Numbered from the stretch's first letter, positions 39,892 through 50,574 are shown. The stretch is 64,000 nucleotides of DNA from Fidelibacterota bacterium (GCA_016844945.1 JAERTJ010000086.1:115183-179182); one strand, 5' to 3'. The notes: generated from the sequence alone by a model not told the origin. Numbers and translations: made by a program.

Positions 39892-41268
39892 ATGAACAAG
39901 ATATTCTCACTCATACTGCCCTTCATCATATTGCTTCCTCTTGGTCTGAGTGGTCAGATCAATCTCTCAGGGGAGGTTACGCCTGGTGCCATGCTACGGA
40001 TTAGTGATGGTTCCCTCATCGATTTGCCATTCAGGGTTGGAACCCTTTCGGCAGGATATGCGTTTGGTGATTTTGAGCTCAACACCACAACCTCCATTGA
40101 GTCCCGCTGGATAGATCCTGAATTCTCCGAGGATATGCTTCAGTTCAGAGAGGCTTATCTCATGTGGTATCCTGCTTTCGGTGAAGTCAAACTGGGAAAA
40201 ATGATACACGCCTGGGGCGCTGCCGATGCCAACAACCCAACTGATAACCTATCACCCTACGATTATTACTATATGTTTCTTGCTGGCACAGATAGAAAAC
40301 TCGGAACTTTTAGTATAGTTGGAAAAGCTTACTTCGGTGATGTTCAGCTTGAGGTCATCGCTATCCCTGAGTTTGAATCCAACCGTCTTCCTCTGGATGA
40401 GCCAGATTTCCCCATCCAGCTTCCAGTTCCTCCAGGTGCTCGTTATTGGATGCCTGAAAATGAATTTGAAATTGGTGCCAGAATTCAATATGCCCTGGGG
40501 ATTGGAGACATTTCTGCTTCTTACTTTAGGGGTCATGACCGATCTTTTTCACCGGCTGGTATGCTAGTTAATGTTTCACCCGTTTTCGTGGGGGAGGAGC
40601 CAAGCTTTACACACCAGCTAACCTACAGAAAGACAGATGTAATCGGTCTCGATGCCGTTTTATTTCCAGGTAATTGGACATTACGCGGAGAGTTCGCCTA
40701 CTTCCTATCCAAAACACCTGAGATTGATTTTGATATGTCGAGGATCACTTATGATGCAAAATATTTACAGTCTGTGATTCAGGCAGAATATTCCTTTTCA
40801 AATAATGTGCAGCTCATGGGGCAGTACATCAACACGAACTATATCTCCACTGAATCTGACTTGATACCTGGAAGTGGAATGATCACTGCTCAAACTACTT
40901 TGCAGGATCCAAACAGTCCCTTACCGGATTCAATCCGGATTCCAATGTTGGCTCAGCTTGGTAGTTTTGGTGTACCAGAATTTTCAGCAGGGATGGGAAC
41001 ACCTTTTGGTCTGATTTCTGATCAGGTCGTGGTGCTATCTACCATGGTGACAACACTGGATAATGATCTGGAACTAGGTGCCATGTTCATGATCAATTTG
41101 GCTGAAACAGGATACATGACGAACCTGAATTCAAGCTATACCCTATGGGAAGGTTTAAATTTGGATGCCACCCTCTCCTATTTCATAGGTGGAGATGAAG
41201 AAGATAACAAATTCAAGCAGCTCGAAGATTTCTCCAACCTAAATTTAGGACTCACGGTGAACTTTTAA
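39892..41268 (+). CDS. Outer-membrane beta-barrel protein (DUF1302-like)
   Basis: Signal peptide, QFREAY, LGKMIHAWGAAD..NPTD, C-terminal LTVNF. Confidence 0.72.
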   Translation: MNKIFSLILPFIILLPLGLSGQINLSGEVTPGAMLRISDGSLIDLPFRVGTLSAGYAFGDFELNTTTSIESRWIDPEFSEDMLQFREAYLMWYPAFGEVKLGKMIHAWGAADANNPTDNLSPYDYYYMFLAGTDRKLGTFSIVGKAYFGDVQLEVIAIPEFESNRLPLDEPDFPIQLPVPPGARYWMPENEFEIGARIQYALGIGDISASYFRGHDRSFSPAGMLVNVSPVFVGEEPSFTHQLTYRKTDVIGLDAVLFPGNWTLRGEFAYFLSKTPEIDFDMSRITYDAKYLQSVIQAEYSFSNNVQLMGQYINTNYISTESDLIPGSGMITAQTTLQDPNSPLPDSIRIPMLAQLGSFGVPEFSAGMGTPFGLISDQVVVLSTMVTTLDNDLELGAMFMINLAETGYMTNLNSSYTLWEGLNLDATLSYFIGGDEEDNKFKQLEDFSNLNLGLTVNF

Positions 41269-41283
41269 TTATATTTAGCCACG

Positions 41284-42198
41284 ATGAATCGTTTTGATAA
41301 AAAGTACAACCGAATTGCTCGTGGGATTTCACCCATTGATCTCACCAGCAATTTTTCGCAAGAAGACCTGAGCTGGGACGATTTTTTTACAGATCGCTCC
41401 AGCTCAAACACGACTCAACTTTTTCTAGGTAAATATTCGAAGGATGGAATCAAATTCATCATGGATCGCTTTGGTCTGGCAAGACAGGCCAGGCATCTGG
41501 GAATCAGGCACCCTTCAGTAGAAATTGACACAACGGATCCATACCGACATCGACTTATCATCTATAACGGTCGAGAGCGGGATAGAGACCACATTATTAT
41601 GGAATTTGTCGCGAGGTATCAACATCTCACACCAAAAGATATTGATGTTGAAAATGAATATACAAATCAGCTCAAAGTTTTAATGGTTGAGTGGTTACTA
41701 CTCCAGAATCCCAAATCGAAATTCACCCATCGAAGACCCAGGTTACCCGGTCAGATTCATCCAGGATTAGGATTGGGCGATCAACTTTTTGCACTTTTTA
41801 CCATCATGGGACGACACTTAAAAGTAGATGGGATTATTAATGTGCCAGAGTACTATCATACCGGGCTCTTATTTAGCAAACGGTTTGTGTTTTTGAGTCC
41901 TTTTGTACAGGCTCAAGTACTTCAGGTCGCGCAAGATTTGTGGAAAAAATACAGGTTGGCTGTCATTGCCTGGGCAAGTGCTACAGGCAGCATCAAAAAC
42001 CAGGAAACTGGAGAAATCCTTTCCTGGCAACCCCGCCGTCAGATTATTCCAATTCGGAGCCAACTCAGGCAATACTTCAAATCCGAGGATTATGTGGCAA
42101 TTGCAGGTGGGTTAAGTGATAAAAAGATTTATACCCTGGATGAGCCAAGGTTGCGTGAGGCGCTATCCAAGATGGATGAGCCACCCTTCCAGTTTTAG
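41284..42198 (+). CDS. Conserved hypothetical protein
   Basis: VEWLLLQNP...RPRLPGQIHPGLGL...PEYYHTG; no signal peptide. Confidence 0.7.
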   Translation: MNRFDKKYNRIARGISPIDLTSNFSQEDLSWDDFFTDRSSSNTTQLFLGKYSKDGIKFIMDRFGLARQARHLGIRHPSVEIDTTDPYRHRLIIYNGRERDRDHIIMEFVARYQHLTPKDIDVENEYTNQLKVLMVEWLLLQNPKSKFTHRRPRLPGQIHPGLGLGDQLFALFTIMGRHLKVDGIINVPEYYHTGLLFSKRFVFLSPFVQAQVLQVAQDLWKKYRLAVIAWASATGSIKNQETGEILSWQPRRQIIPIRSQLRQYFKSEDYVAIAGGLSDKKIYTLDEPRLREALSKMDEPPFQF

Positions 42199-42223
42199 TT
42201 TGTGTTGTTAATAAATCTTCTGA

Positions 42224-42400
42224 TTAAGGCAATTTTACGACAGAAGATTCCCAACTAGTTTTCTCGATTTCTGAATTTCCCCGCGTGACATTAGCCGGTA
42301 AAAACCTTACCAGTACGATAGATGCCACAAGCACCAAAAGGGTCAGAAGAACCTGTGTTGATGCAGTTTTTTTCTGTTTTTCCACCCGAAACGACTTCAT
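42224..42400 (-). CDS. Small single-TM protein (58 aa, absent from ORF track)
   Basis: ATGA overlap with the upstream TatT-like stop; MKSFRVEKQKKTASTQVLLTLLVLVASIVLVRFLP...; fills the gap. Confidence 0.55.
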   Translation of the reverse strand: MKSFRVEKQKKTASTQVLLTLLVLVASIVLVRFLPANVTRGNSEIEKTSWESSVVKLP

Positions 42401-43257
42401 AGATTAAACCAGTTTTCCTTTTCAGCTTTGATCATTAATCTTTCAGCTAGTTCCTTTTCAGCCATGTTCTCAGGATAATAACTAAGGGACTGATTGGGAG
42501 TTGCGGTGACGACTTTAGTTAAGAGTTCGTAAAATAAATTTTTATCTTTTGCCAGTGGACAATAGTACTGGGCCATTAAGGTATAATTGCCCAGGTATTC
42601 TGGTGAAAGGGATATAGCTTTTTCAAAGGACAGGCGAATAGCTTCTAGATCAGTTTGGGATTGAGGGTCCCGAGCAAGGAGGGCTCCTTTATATCTAAAA
42701 TATGCCCCATGGTAATAGGATGAGTCTAAATCATGAATGTGTTCCAGGGTTGTCCAGATCAATTCACGTTTGCCCAGCCGTACCAGTGTTCCTTTAGTGC
42801 TGAGCCACTGCCCATGATTGGCCATTCCCCAATAGAGAGCATCCACGGAGTTGAGATCTAAACCACGGACTGCCATTGATTCCTCACCTGTTGAGAATAA
42901 CAGATTTCTATAATCGCTATTTTGTTTCAGGATAGTCTGGCTGGTCTCATACCCTAGCATAAACAGGCTATCTCTAACCTGGGATGAGTGGTGTAGATAT
43001 TGTGCACAATAATAGTAGGCCTTTGAAAGTTTAGCCCAGATTTCCAGCGACGAGGAATCAGATTCAGCGAGTTGCTTGTAAGCCATTAAGGAACTTTTGG
43101 CATTTAGAGTATCTGCCCTCAGCTCCCAAAGGCTATCTGCTGTGTTTAGTGTAACCGCTTCAGAGAGTGTTGGTGTATCAGGTGTTATGGGGATATTGCT
43201 AGAAGTACACGCAAGGAATATTGCAGTAATACTGATAAATATTAGACGTTGCACCAC
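42397..43257 (-). CDS. TPR lipoprotein, TRAP transporter TatT-like
   Basis: Lipobox FLAC; ALYWG, SYYHGA, AISLSPEYL..Y..MAQYY, YPEN. Confidence 0.7.
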   Translation of the reverse strand: MVQRLIFISITAIFLACTSSNIPITPDTPTLSEAVTLNTADSLWELRADTLNAKSSLMAYKQLAESDSSSLEIWAKLSKAYYYCAQYLHHSSQVRDSLFMLGYETSQTILKQNSDYRNLLFSTGEESMAVRGLDLNSVDALYWGMANHGQWLSTKGTLVRLGKRELIWTTLEHIHDLDSSYYHGAYFRYKGALLARDPQSQTDLEAIRLSFEKAISLSPEYLGNYTLMAQYYCPLAKDKNLFYELLTKVVTATPNQSLSYYPENMAEKELAERLMIKAEKENWFNL

Positions 43258-43442
43258 TTTTGTGACTTCCCTTTATGAGTAATTATACTCTCATCCTCAA
43301 AAACGGCCAAATATAGCTTCCATGAATTCGGTATTACAAATGTTGTTTCACGCAAATATAAATCATTCAGGGATAAAATACCATACGATCCACGGGGAGA
43401 ATGTTCTGGGAACCCAGAAAAACTGAGTGAAGGACTTTATCC

Positions 43443-45701
43443 TTATTCGCCAACTATTATTTTTTCAATGAGTTGAATAAGATCCCTGATATCAATTTCA
43501 GAATCACCATTCAGGTCAGATATCTCATGAGTTTCAGCATCGAGTTCAGTATTGTCTAAAATGTTTTCCAGGAGTATAACTGCATCGGCAATATTGACTT
43601 GACCATCCCGATTAAGATCACCACTATGAAAGCCAATTCCCCAGCCAAGCACACTGAGGTTATCGATGCTCATACCCTCACCTTCAAAATAATTATCGCT
43701 CATAAGCCGAAACCCCACTAGGACTGAGGGTGATCCTGAAAACTGAGTCAGGGAAACTTCCTCGTGAATCCAGGTCTGAGTTCCATGATATCCTGGTTCT
43801 CCAAAAGGCTGAACGGTGCTTCCATTCCCCAGGACTGTGTGTAGTCCCGGAAGGGGTACCCAGGTCACCCCCTCATCATCAGAAGCCAATACCTGACAGA
43901 AATCATAATAGATTTCAATATCCCAACTTGCATCAAACACCAATTTTGGTGTCGAATACCCTCTAAGGTCTATGGGATCATTCAACGTAACCATTGATGT
44001 ATTTAGAGGTGGGTAATCACCGAAGGGAGAGTCGGTCATAGCCAGGGTTCCTCCAAAGGCTGATGTTGTGGTCCCCCACTCATCTGAATTCCATAACTCT
44101 AACCCGGCTTCAAAATCATCTAAAAATAGTGTGTCCGCTATTCCCACATTCCAGAAAAAGGTATCCGACTGAATGATGTAGTTACCTTTTTCAATTGAAA
44201 GAACTAACTGAGCCAGCGCCCCTGAGGGAGCGGTAATTTCAAAGGTTAGATCATCTATTACAGGATTGAGGCTGGTTTGGGGAGCCAACCCACTTAAATC
44301 AAAACTGGTCACAGAGGGAATAAGACTGCTATCCGGTGAGCTCAAGTAGAGGGTTGTATTTAGTGTTTCAAAACCTAAACCTTTATTCCTTACCACCAGG
44401 TCTCCAGTAAGTACATCACCCTCCTCTGGAATATCTGGTATGTTTAACTCAAAGGTTTCTATCTGGATCCACCCTCCAGCACAACCAGCCAGGTGAGTAT
44501 TCATACTCATATTGCTTTGCGCCAACTCGAATATCACATCAGAGCTGGGCCAAAAGCCGCCTTGAGCCCAGGCACCTACTTCAGGGGTAAAATTGATGAT
44601 ACCCAATTCACCGAACATATAGTCAACCGCATCACCATTCACCAGATAACCCACGGTTTCAGCACCCGTTCCAAATAGATAGTTATTATCTAGCACCAGA
44701 TCCTGACCCATCTCACTATAAATTTCAGCATCTGGAGTTGGGAGTTCCTGAGTTGGATTGTAGCCATAGGGTCTGATCAGCAGATTACCATAGCTGTGAT
44801 AATTGAAAACCGTTTGAAAATCATTTGAGAGGACAAAGTCTCTCAATGCCTGTGTCTCAGGTTCAGAGAAGGAAGATTCACCGCGATAGGTGACAGAACA
44901 AGAATCTGGACTGGATCCCGTATCATCATATCCCCAATGGAACCCCCAGTTGCGATTGAGGTCCACACCGGGAGAACTTGAACATCCCGGACGTCGATTC
45001 TTACGGTGCAGGCCACCCCCCTCTGGATAGGTGAGTTCATTATAAGCATAACCATCAGGGTTGACGACCGGGATAAACCAGATTTCCCTTTCATCAACCA
45101 GGTAGCTAATGACCGGGTCTGTCCCATAGTTTTCGGCTAACTCCATTGCAAAATACATCAGTGTCATCATGGCAGCGGGTTCCCGTGCATGGATAAGTGA
45201 GTTATAGAGAACCTCTGGCTCAGCTTCATCAATGTCAGGGTTGTCAGAAATTTTAAATGCCCAGATATCCCGCCCTTCATAGCTCTCACCAATACTTGTT
45301 TTGGCTGAGACAATGTGTGGGAATTCAACATGAAGTGTATCCATGGTGGCGATAATTTCATCCAGGGTTAAATAGCCACCCATGCTCCCGAATTCCAAAT
45401 CTCTTACCGCGCCCTGGCTAAGATGTGTAGCATAATGAGCGCTCATATCCAGGATGATATCCTCTGGTGTGTACCCTCGATCCATAAGAACTTCTTTTTC
45501 GCTCTGGGCGACGATAGCATCAATATACACACCACGCCTGATGTTCATGGCTTCAGGATCGAGCCCCAATACTTGAAGTTCTTGTAGTGTAACATCCGTA
45601 TTCCCAGTCCAGATGCGTATCTGATCATATTGCTCAAGACCCAGAGCAACCTGACATCCCAGGATCCAGATGAGTATCAATGTTATCATACATCGTTGCA
45701 T
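43443..45701 (-). CDS. M14 zinc carboxypeptidase (CPT-like) with C-terminal dockerin-like domain
   Basis: HAREP, VNPDG, RKNRR, GVDLNRNW, NYHSYG; duplicated GDLNRDG/SDLNGDS tail. Confidence 0.9.
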   Translation of the reverse strand: MQRCMITLILIWILGCQVALGLEQYDQIRIWTGNTDVTLQELQVLGLDPEAMNIRRGVYIDAIVAQSEKEVLMDRGYTPEDIILDMSAHYATHLSQGAVRDLEFGSMGGYLTLDEIIATMDTLHVEFPHIVSAKTSIGESYEGRDIWAFKISDNPDIDEAEPEVLYNSLIHAREPAAMMTLMYFAMELAENYGTDPVISYLVDEREIWFIPVVNPDGYAYNELTYPEGGGLHRKNRRPGCSSSPGVDLNRNWGFHWGYDDTGSSPDSCSVTYRGESSFSEPETQALRDFVLSNDFQTVFNYHSYGNLLIRPYGYNPTQELPTPDAEIYSEMGQDLVLDNNYLFGTGAETVGYLVNGDAVDYMFGELGIINFTPEVGAWAQGGFWPSSDVIFELAQSNMSMNTHLAGCAGGWIQIETFELNIPDIPEEGDVLTGDLVVRNKGLGFETLNTTLYLSSPDSSLIPSVTSFDLSGLAPQTSLNPVIDDLTFEITAPSGALAQLVLSIEKGNYIIQSDTFFWNVGIADTLFLDDFEAGLELWNSDEWGTTTSAFGGTLAMTDSPFGDYPPLNTSMVTLNDPIDLRGYSTPKLVFDASWDIEIYYDFCQVLASDDEGVTWVPLPGLHTVLGNGSTVQPFGEPGYHGTQTWIHEEVSLTQFSGSPSVLVGFRLMSDNYFEGEGMSIDNLSVLGWGIGFHSGDLNRDGQVNIADAVILLENILDNTELDAETHEISDLNGDSEIDIRDLIQLIEKIIVGE

Positions 45702-45719
45702 ATTTATCCCATCAAATCC

Positions 45720-48659
45720 TTAATTGCTAATGGTAAAAACCCAGGGATTTGCGGAGAGTCGATTGACCCATGCTCCATCCTCATATCTCATCATGCTGAG
45801 TTCCAGTTTTACTTTTACCGGTCTGAATATAGTTGATGCCCAACTTGTACGTGCCCATGTGGGTTTATACGTCAGGGCAAATCCAAGATCACTTACTGTT
45901 TTCCAATGACTTCCATCCTGAGAATACTGACCCACATCGAAGAACATTCCAAAATCAAGTGTATTGGGCACATATGAAACAGATCGCAGGAGAATATCTG
46001 TATTGTTTGACCAGATAAAATTTGCAGATATATCCAGAGAATCAGAATACCCACGCATCCTGCCCCCCCCTTTGAGATAGTAACGTGAACCAAAGATTTC
46101 AGCATTCTCGATGTTGTGCAGAGAACTTGCCATACGATTTAAGTAGACGCTTCTAATGTCCTGGGAAGCCAGGCGGCTTTTTATCATATCCGGTGTTGCA
46201 CCATAATTGGTCAAAAGATTCATACGATTGTTGATATTGAAGTAGGGATAATAACGCTTCCAATTGCTCATAAGAGATATCTGGCTAAAATCTTCACCAT
46301 ATCCCCCCAAACCCCGGGGAGAGGTATAAGCATTCATCGTAAAACCATAATCTCCACCCAAGAGGTCATTTTGATAATCATACTGAATGCCTAGCCGTGT
46401 AAAATCAACTCTATCAGCAGGATTCAAATTTGCATGAGATGCATCCGTCTTTTCCAATCTTAGGGTTAAATAATGAATGGGATTTGCCCAGAACCTCTTG
46501 GCCCAATTCAGTTCGTATGCCAGGAATACATGGGTCATTGAACGCCAGACTTTAGCCTCTCCAAATGCAGTCGCTTTAAATGGCAAACCTATCTGCAATT
46601 TTTTGAAAGATACTGAAACATCGGGATTTCCTGATCCCAGATTATGATCAAGTTCAGTCATTAAGTAATTGCCCGTGTTACGATAGACACGTTTAATCTG
46701 GACGCCTAACCCAGTTCCAGCCAGATCGCTGTAGCCAAACCTGGGTTTCCACAGGTAGAGATTTCTATCATCAGGATAGGCATCCCAGCCTTTGTAATTA
46801 TATCGCCAGGCTCGTTCTCTCTGTGAGCTGTTATTCCGACGGTCCACATCAAAGAATACATTGTCGGGATCGAGGATCACATAATCCGGTCTGAAATCTG
46901 ATTCGATTGCAACACTTCCCCTAGAGCGAAACCGAAATTCCTCTACCGTGGCTGAGGCTGTCTCACCATGCTTACCGAAGACCGTAGCTGACATGGGAAC
47001 AAACATACCCCCTAAATTATCCATATTCACCATAGTTGTGAAATGATCCTGGTCATGTTCCTTAACCTGCCAGTCACTCAATTTATAATCTACATAATGG
47101 GTGGTATGGAGCCATTGATCAAAAAACCAATCCAATTCTTCACCACTGGCATCTTCCATTGCTTTGATAAATCTGGCCTCGTTAACATGCTTTAGCGCCC
47201 ATCTAGAATAGTAGAGGCGCATCCCCATGAGAAAGCGTTCTTCACCCAGATAGTTCTTGAGCATATCCAGCATGATACTGGCTTTGTCATACACATTATC
47301 GCGATATGAAGCATAGCTACTAAAGTTATAACTACGGGTAGCAATTGGTTCATTGGCACATGAGGTCATGAATCGAATCACAGGCTTAAGCGCCGCCTCC
47401 TGATACATTTGCCGGGGGAGATTATCATGCTCGAATTGGGTAATGTTATTTCTTGTGATATCATATCCATTATCGGGATAGTGGTGCTCTTTATACCAGC
47501 GGGTCTGAAAAGAGGTAAAGCCTTCATCCATCCAGGCATCATCTAATTCATCATTCCCTAGAATTGCGTAGAACCAATTATGACCAATTTCATGTACAGT
47601 GAGGCTTTCACTTTCTGAGGCATCCATGATCAGCATGGGATATTCCATTCCCCCACTCAGTAATGCTTTGGTGACAGTCATTTGGGGCCAGGGATACATC
47701 CCAAATTTTTCAGATAGCCATTGAATAGCTGATTTACCGTATTCGACCACATCTTTGGTCCATTGCTTACCAACCTGGGTCGTGTATAAAACATGAATCT
47801 CTACATCTTTCCAGAATCCATTTTCATAGACAAAGTCAGGAGAACATAGCCAGGCGAAATCATGGACATTTTCGGCAACAAAAGTGACTTGCCGTCTATC
47901 TGCACTATCCAATCCTGCCAGATACTTTCCCCGATCCTCGCGAAACTCTGCGACCCATTCATCCCAATTTCTGGATGTGTCTACACTTACATCTGACCAG
48001 CCAGGATCTCCATCACTGACAACCCCGGTTGCACCAACCACTTGCTCCATGGGTAAATCCATTTTCACCCTGAAATTGCCAATTTCACCATAGAATTCAC
48101 CCCAATCACCAAAGGGATCATCATGCCAGCCATTCTCATCATAGACTACAAATTTTGGATACCACTGAGCAAAATCGAACTGTTGCGCTTTCCAACCTGA
48201 ACGATCAATATGTGGATGTATAATCGACTTCCAGTCCAGATGAAATTGAAGCGTATCGCCTGGGGCCAGGTCATTTTTCAATTGAATATCGAGGATCGTA
48301 TCATCACGAATGGTAAAGTCGAGTTCTACTGAATCAACCGTGGCTTTTGCGACCTTGATACCTGTCCAACCTTTGTCCATGTCGATAGATTCATTATAAT
48401 CATATTCCCATACTTCCTGAGCAATAGTACCTTCATTAAAGGCATTATGGTATAAGTGCATGAGCATTTGATGGAGTGTATCTGGAGAATGATTGACGTA
48501 TATCAGATCCGAAGTTCCAGTGAGTATCTTCTTTTCCGTATCAAGGATAATATCCATATCATACTCGACCCATTGTTGCCAATATTGACCGAATCCCGAT
48601 CCAAAAATTAGGAGGAAAATGAGAACGACTTTACTGGATGTGCGATTCAGTGATACCAT
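45720..48659 (-). CDS. Secreted M1 family aminopeptidase
   Basis: YWQQ, AQWYPK, GGMEYP, HEIGH-x18-E, YDKAS. Confidence 0.9.
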   Translation of the reverse strand: MVSLNRTSSKVVLIFLLIFGSGFGQYWQQWVEYDMDIILDTEKKILTGTSDLIYVNHSPDTLHQMLMHLYHNAFNEGTIAQEVWEYDYNESIDMDKGWTGIKVAKATVDSVELDFTIRDDTILDIQLKNDLAPGDTLQFHLDWKSIIHPHIDRSGWKAQQFDFAQWYPKFVVYDENGWHDDPFGDWGEFYGEIGNFRVKMDLPMEQVVGATGVVSDGDPGWSDVSVDTSRNWDEWVAEFREDRGKYLAGLDSADRRQVTFVAENVHDFAWLCSPDFVYENGFWKDVEIHVLYTTQVGKQWTKDVVEYGKSAIQWLSEKFGMYPWPQMTVTKALLSGGMEYPMLIMDASESESLTVHEIGHNWFYAILGNDELDDAWMDEGFTSFQTRWYKEHHYPDNGYDITRNNITQFEHDNLPRQMYQEAALKPVIRFMTSCANEPIATRSYNFSSYASYRDNVYDKASIMLDMLKNYLGEERFLMGMRLYYSRWALKHVNEARFIKAMEDASGEELDWFFDQWLHTTHYVDYKLSDWQVKEHDQDHFTTMVNMDNLGGMFVPMSATVFGKHGETASATVEEFRFRSRGSVAIESDFRPDYVILDPDNVFFDVDRRNNSSQRERAWRYNYKGWDAYPDDRNLYLWKPRFGYSDLAGTGLGVQIKRVYRNTGNYLMTELDHNLGSGNPDVSVSFKKLQIGLPFKATAFGEAKVWRSMTHVFLAYELNWAKRFWANPIHYLTLRLEKTDASHANLNPADRVDFTRLGIQYDYQNDLLGGDYGFTMNAYTSPRGLGGYGEDFSQISLMSNWKRYYPYFNINNRMNLLTNYGATPDMIKSRLASQDIRSVYLNRMASSLHNIENAEIFGSRYYLKGGGRMRGYSDSLDISANFIWSNNTDILLRSVSYVPNTLDFGMFFDVGQYSQDGSHWKTVSDLGFALTYKPTWARTSWASTIFRPVKVKLELSMMRYEDGAWVNRLSANPWVFTISN

Positions 48660-48727
48660 AGTTAAATCCCCTGGATAGTCCGCTTCACAGATAATTGCAA
48701 TAAGGTGATAAGGTAGCTGGTTTTTTA

Positions 48728-48774
48728 CTGATTATGGAGTAAAAACGCTAACAAATGTCTTTCTCCATAATCAG
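48728..48774. other. 12-bp perfect inverted repeat (mRNA hairpin)
   Basis: CTGATTATGGAG-N23-CTCCATAATCAG between aspS and the M1 gene; no U tract in the transcribed direction. Confidence 0.55.
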
Positions 48775-48804
48775 CATACGGGTACAAACTCCCTGGTGAG
48801 AATC

Positions 48805-50574
48805 CTACTCGATGAGTTTGATGTGCAGTTCTTTTAGCTGTTGTGCATCCACATTGGACGGGGCCTCATCCATGAGTGATGATGCTGAAGTCGTTTTTGG
48901 AAATGCTATGACGTCTCTGATATTTTCAGTGCCAGCCAAAATCATGATCAATCGGTCAAAACCAAATGCAATCCCACCGTGAGGTGGTGCACCATATTTG
49001 AACGCCTTCAATAGAAAACCAAATCGTGCCTGTGCTTCTTCCTCATCCATCCCGATGAGTTCAAACATGCGACTCTGCATATCCCGGGTGTGAATCCTGA
49101 TTGATCCACCGGCAACCTCATATCCATTGATAACCAGATCATAAGCCCGTGCACGTACTTTGCCAGGATCAGTCTGCATTAATTCGACATCTTCAGGATG
49201 TGGTGATGTAAACGGATGATGCATAGCGATATAGCGCTTGCTGTCCTCATCCCAATCCAGAAGAGGGAAATCAAGAACAAACAGAGGCTTTATCACCCCT
49301 TCAGGGATCAAGTTCTCTCGTTTCGCCAACTCAAGACGCAAAGCTCCCAGTGCTTGCAATGTTTTCGCCTCAGTATCTGAAACAAAAAAGAGGATATCAT
49401 TATGTTTTAGGTCTAATTCGCCTACGATTTCGGCTTGCAAGTCCTCGGGGAAAAATTTACTTATCCCCGCGCTGAATTTGCTCTGGTCCATTTTTACAAA
49501 CGCCAGACCTTTTAATCCATAATAGGTTCTTAACCAGTCTGTAAGACCATCAGTCACTTTACGGGAGTATTTGTCAGCGGCATTTTTAAGCACCAAGGCC
49601 TTGATCCTTCCGCCATTGGCAAGGTTATCCTTGAAGACACCAAATTCAGTTTTTTTTGCATAATCAGCGAACTCTACCAGAGGTAATTCAAATCGAATAT
49701 CTGGCTTATCGCTGCCGTACATTTCCATGGCATCAGAATACTTCATTGTGGGGAAAACTTCAGGCAGTTCGTAATCCAGAATATCCTTGAACATCCCCCG
49801 TGTTACCCGTGTCGCCAGACCCAGCACATCTTCCTGATCCACGAAAGACATTTCGATATCAATCTGGGTGAACTCGGGTTGCCGGTCTGCTCGTAAATCT
49901 TCATCACGGAAACATTTGACAATCTGGAAGTACTTATCGTACCCCGCTATCATCAGGAGCTGTTTATATGTCTGAGGAGATTGGGGGAGTGCATAGAAGC
50001 GCCCTTTGTGGATACGACTTGGTACTAGATAATCCCTTGCACCTTCAGGAGTAGATTTCATGAGAACAGGTGTTTCGAACTCCATGAAGCCTTCAGCATT
50101 CAGTCGGCTACGGGCACTCTGATAGGTTTTTGAGCGCAGGGCCATGAAAGATTGTAATTCCTGTGTACGCAATTCTAGATAACGATACTCCAGGCGAAGA
50201 TCTTCACTGCCACTTTCACGGTCAGAGACCAGAAATGGTAAGGGCTGAGCCTCATTAAGAACTTCCAATTCAGAAACGATCACTTCAATGGAACCAGTAG
50301 GCATATTGGGATTTACATTTCCTTCCGGACGCGCCTGTACAGTCCCTTTGACTGCGATGACATCTTCCATTCCCAGTCTTTTCGCCCGGGCTGCCATATC
50401 TTCATCAAGATCAGGATTGAAAGTTACCTGTGTTTTACCATATCTATCGCGTAAATCGAGAAAGATGACACCACCGTGATCACGGTTCTTTGCAATCCAT
50501 CCATTAAGGACGACTTCCTGGTTCACATTCTCGGTTGTAAGTTGACCACAGGTCACTGTTCTTTTCAATCGCAT
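48805..50574 (-). CDS. aspS: Aspartate--tRNA ligase
   Basis: RDHGG, STPEGARDYLVP, LPQSPQ, CFRDEDLRADRQPEFTQ, GAPPHGG. Confidence 0.97.
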   Translation of the reverse strand: MRLKRTVTCGQLTTENVNQEVVLNGWIAKNRDHGGVIFLDLRDRYGKTQVTFNPDLDEDMAARAKRLGMEDVIAVKGTVQARPEGNVNPNMPTGSIEVIVSELEVLNEAQPLPFLVSDRESGSEDLRLEYRYLELRTQELQSFMALRSKTYQSARSRLNAEGFMEFETPVLMKSTPEGARDYLVPSRIHKGRFYALPQSPQTYKQLLMIAGYDKYFQIVKCFRDEDLRADRQPEFTQIDIEMSFVDQEDVLGLATRVTRGMFKDILDYELPEVFPTMKYSDAMEMYGSDKPDIRFELPLVEFADYAKKTEFGVFKDNLANGGRIKALVLKNAADKYSRKVTDGLTDWLRTYYGLKGLAFVKMDQSKFSAGISKFFPEDLQAEIVGELDLKHNDILFFVSDTEAKTLQALGALRLELAKRENLIPEGVIKPLFVLDFPLLDWDEDSKRYIAMHHPFTSPHPEDVELMQTDPGKVRARAYDLVINGYEVAGGSIRIHTRDMQSRMFELIGMDEEEAQARFGFLLKAFKYGAPPHGGIAFGFDRLIMILAGTENIRDVIAFPKTTSASSLMDEAPSNVDAQQLKELHIKLIE

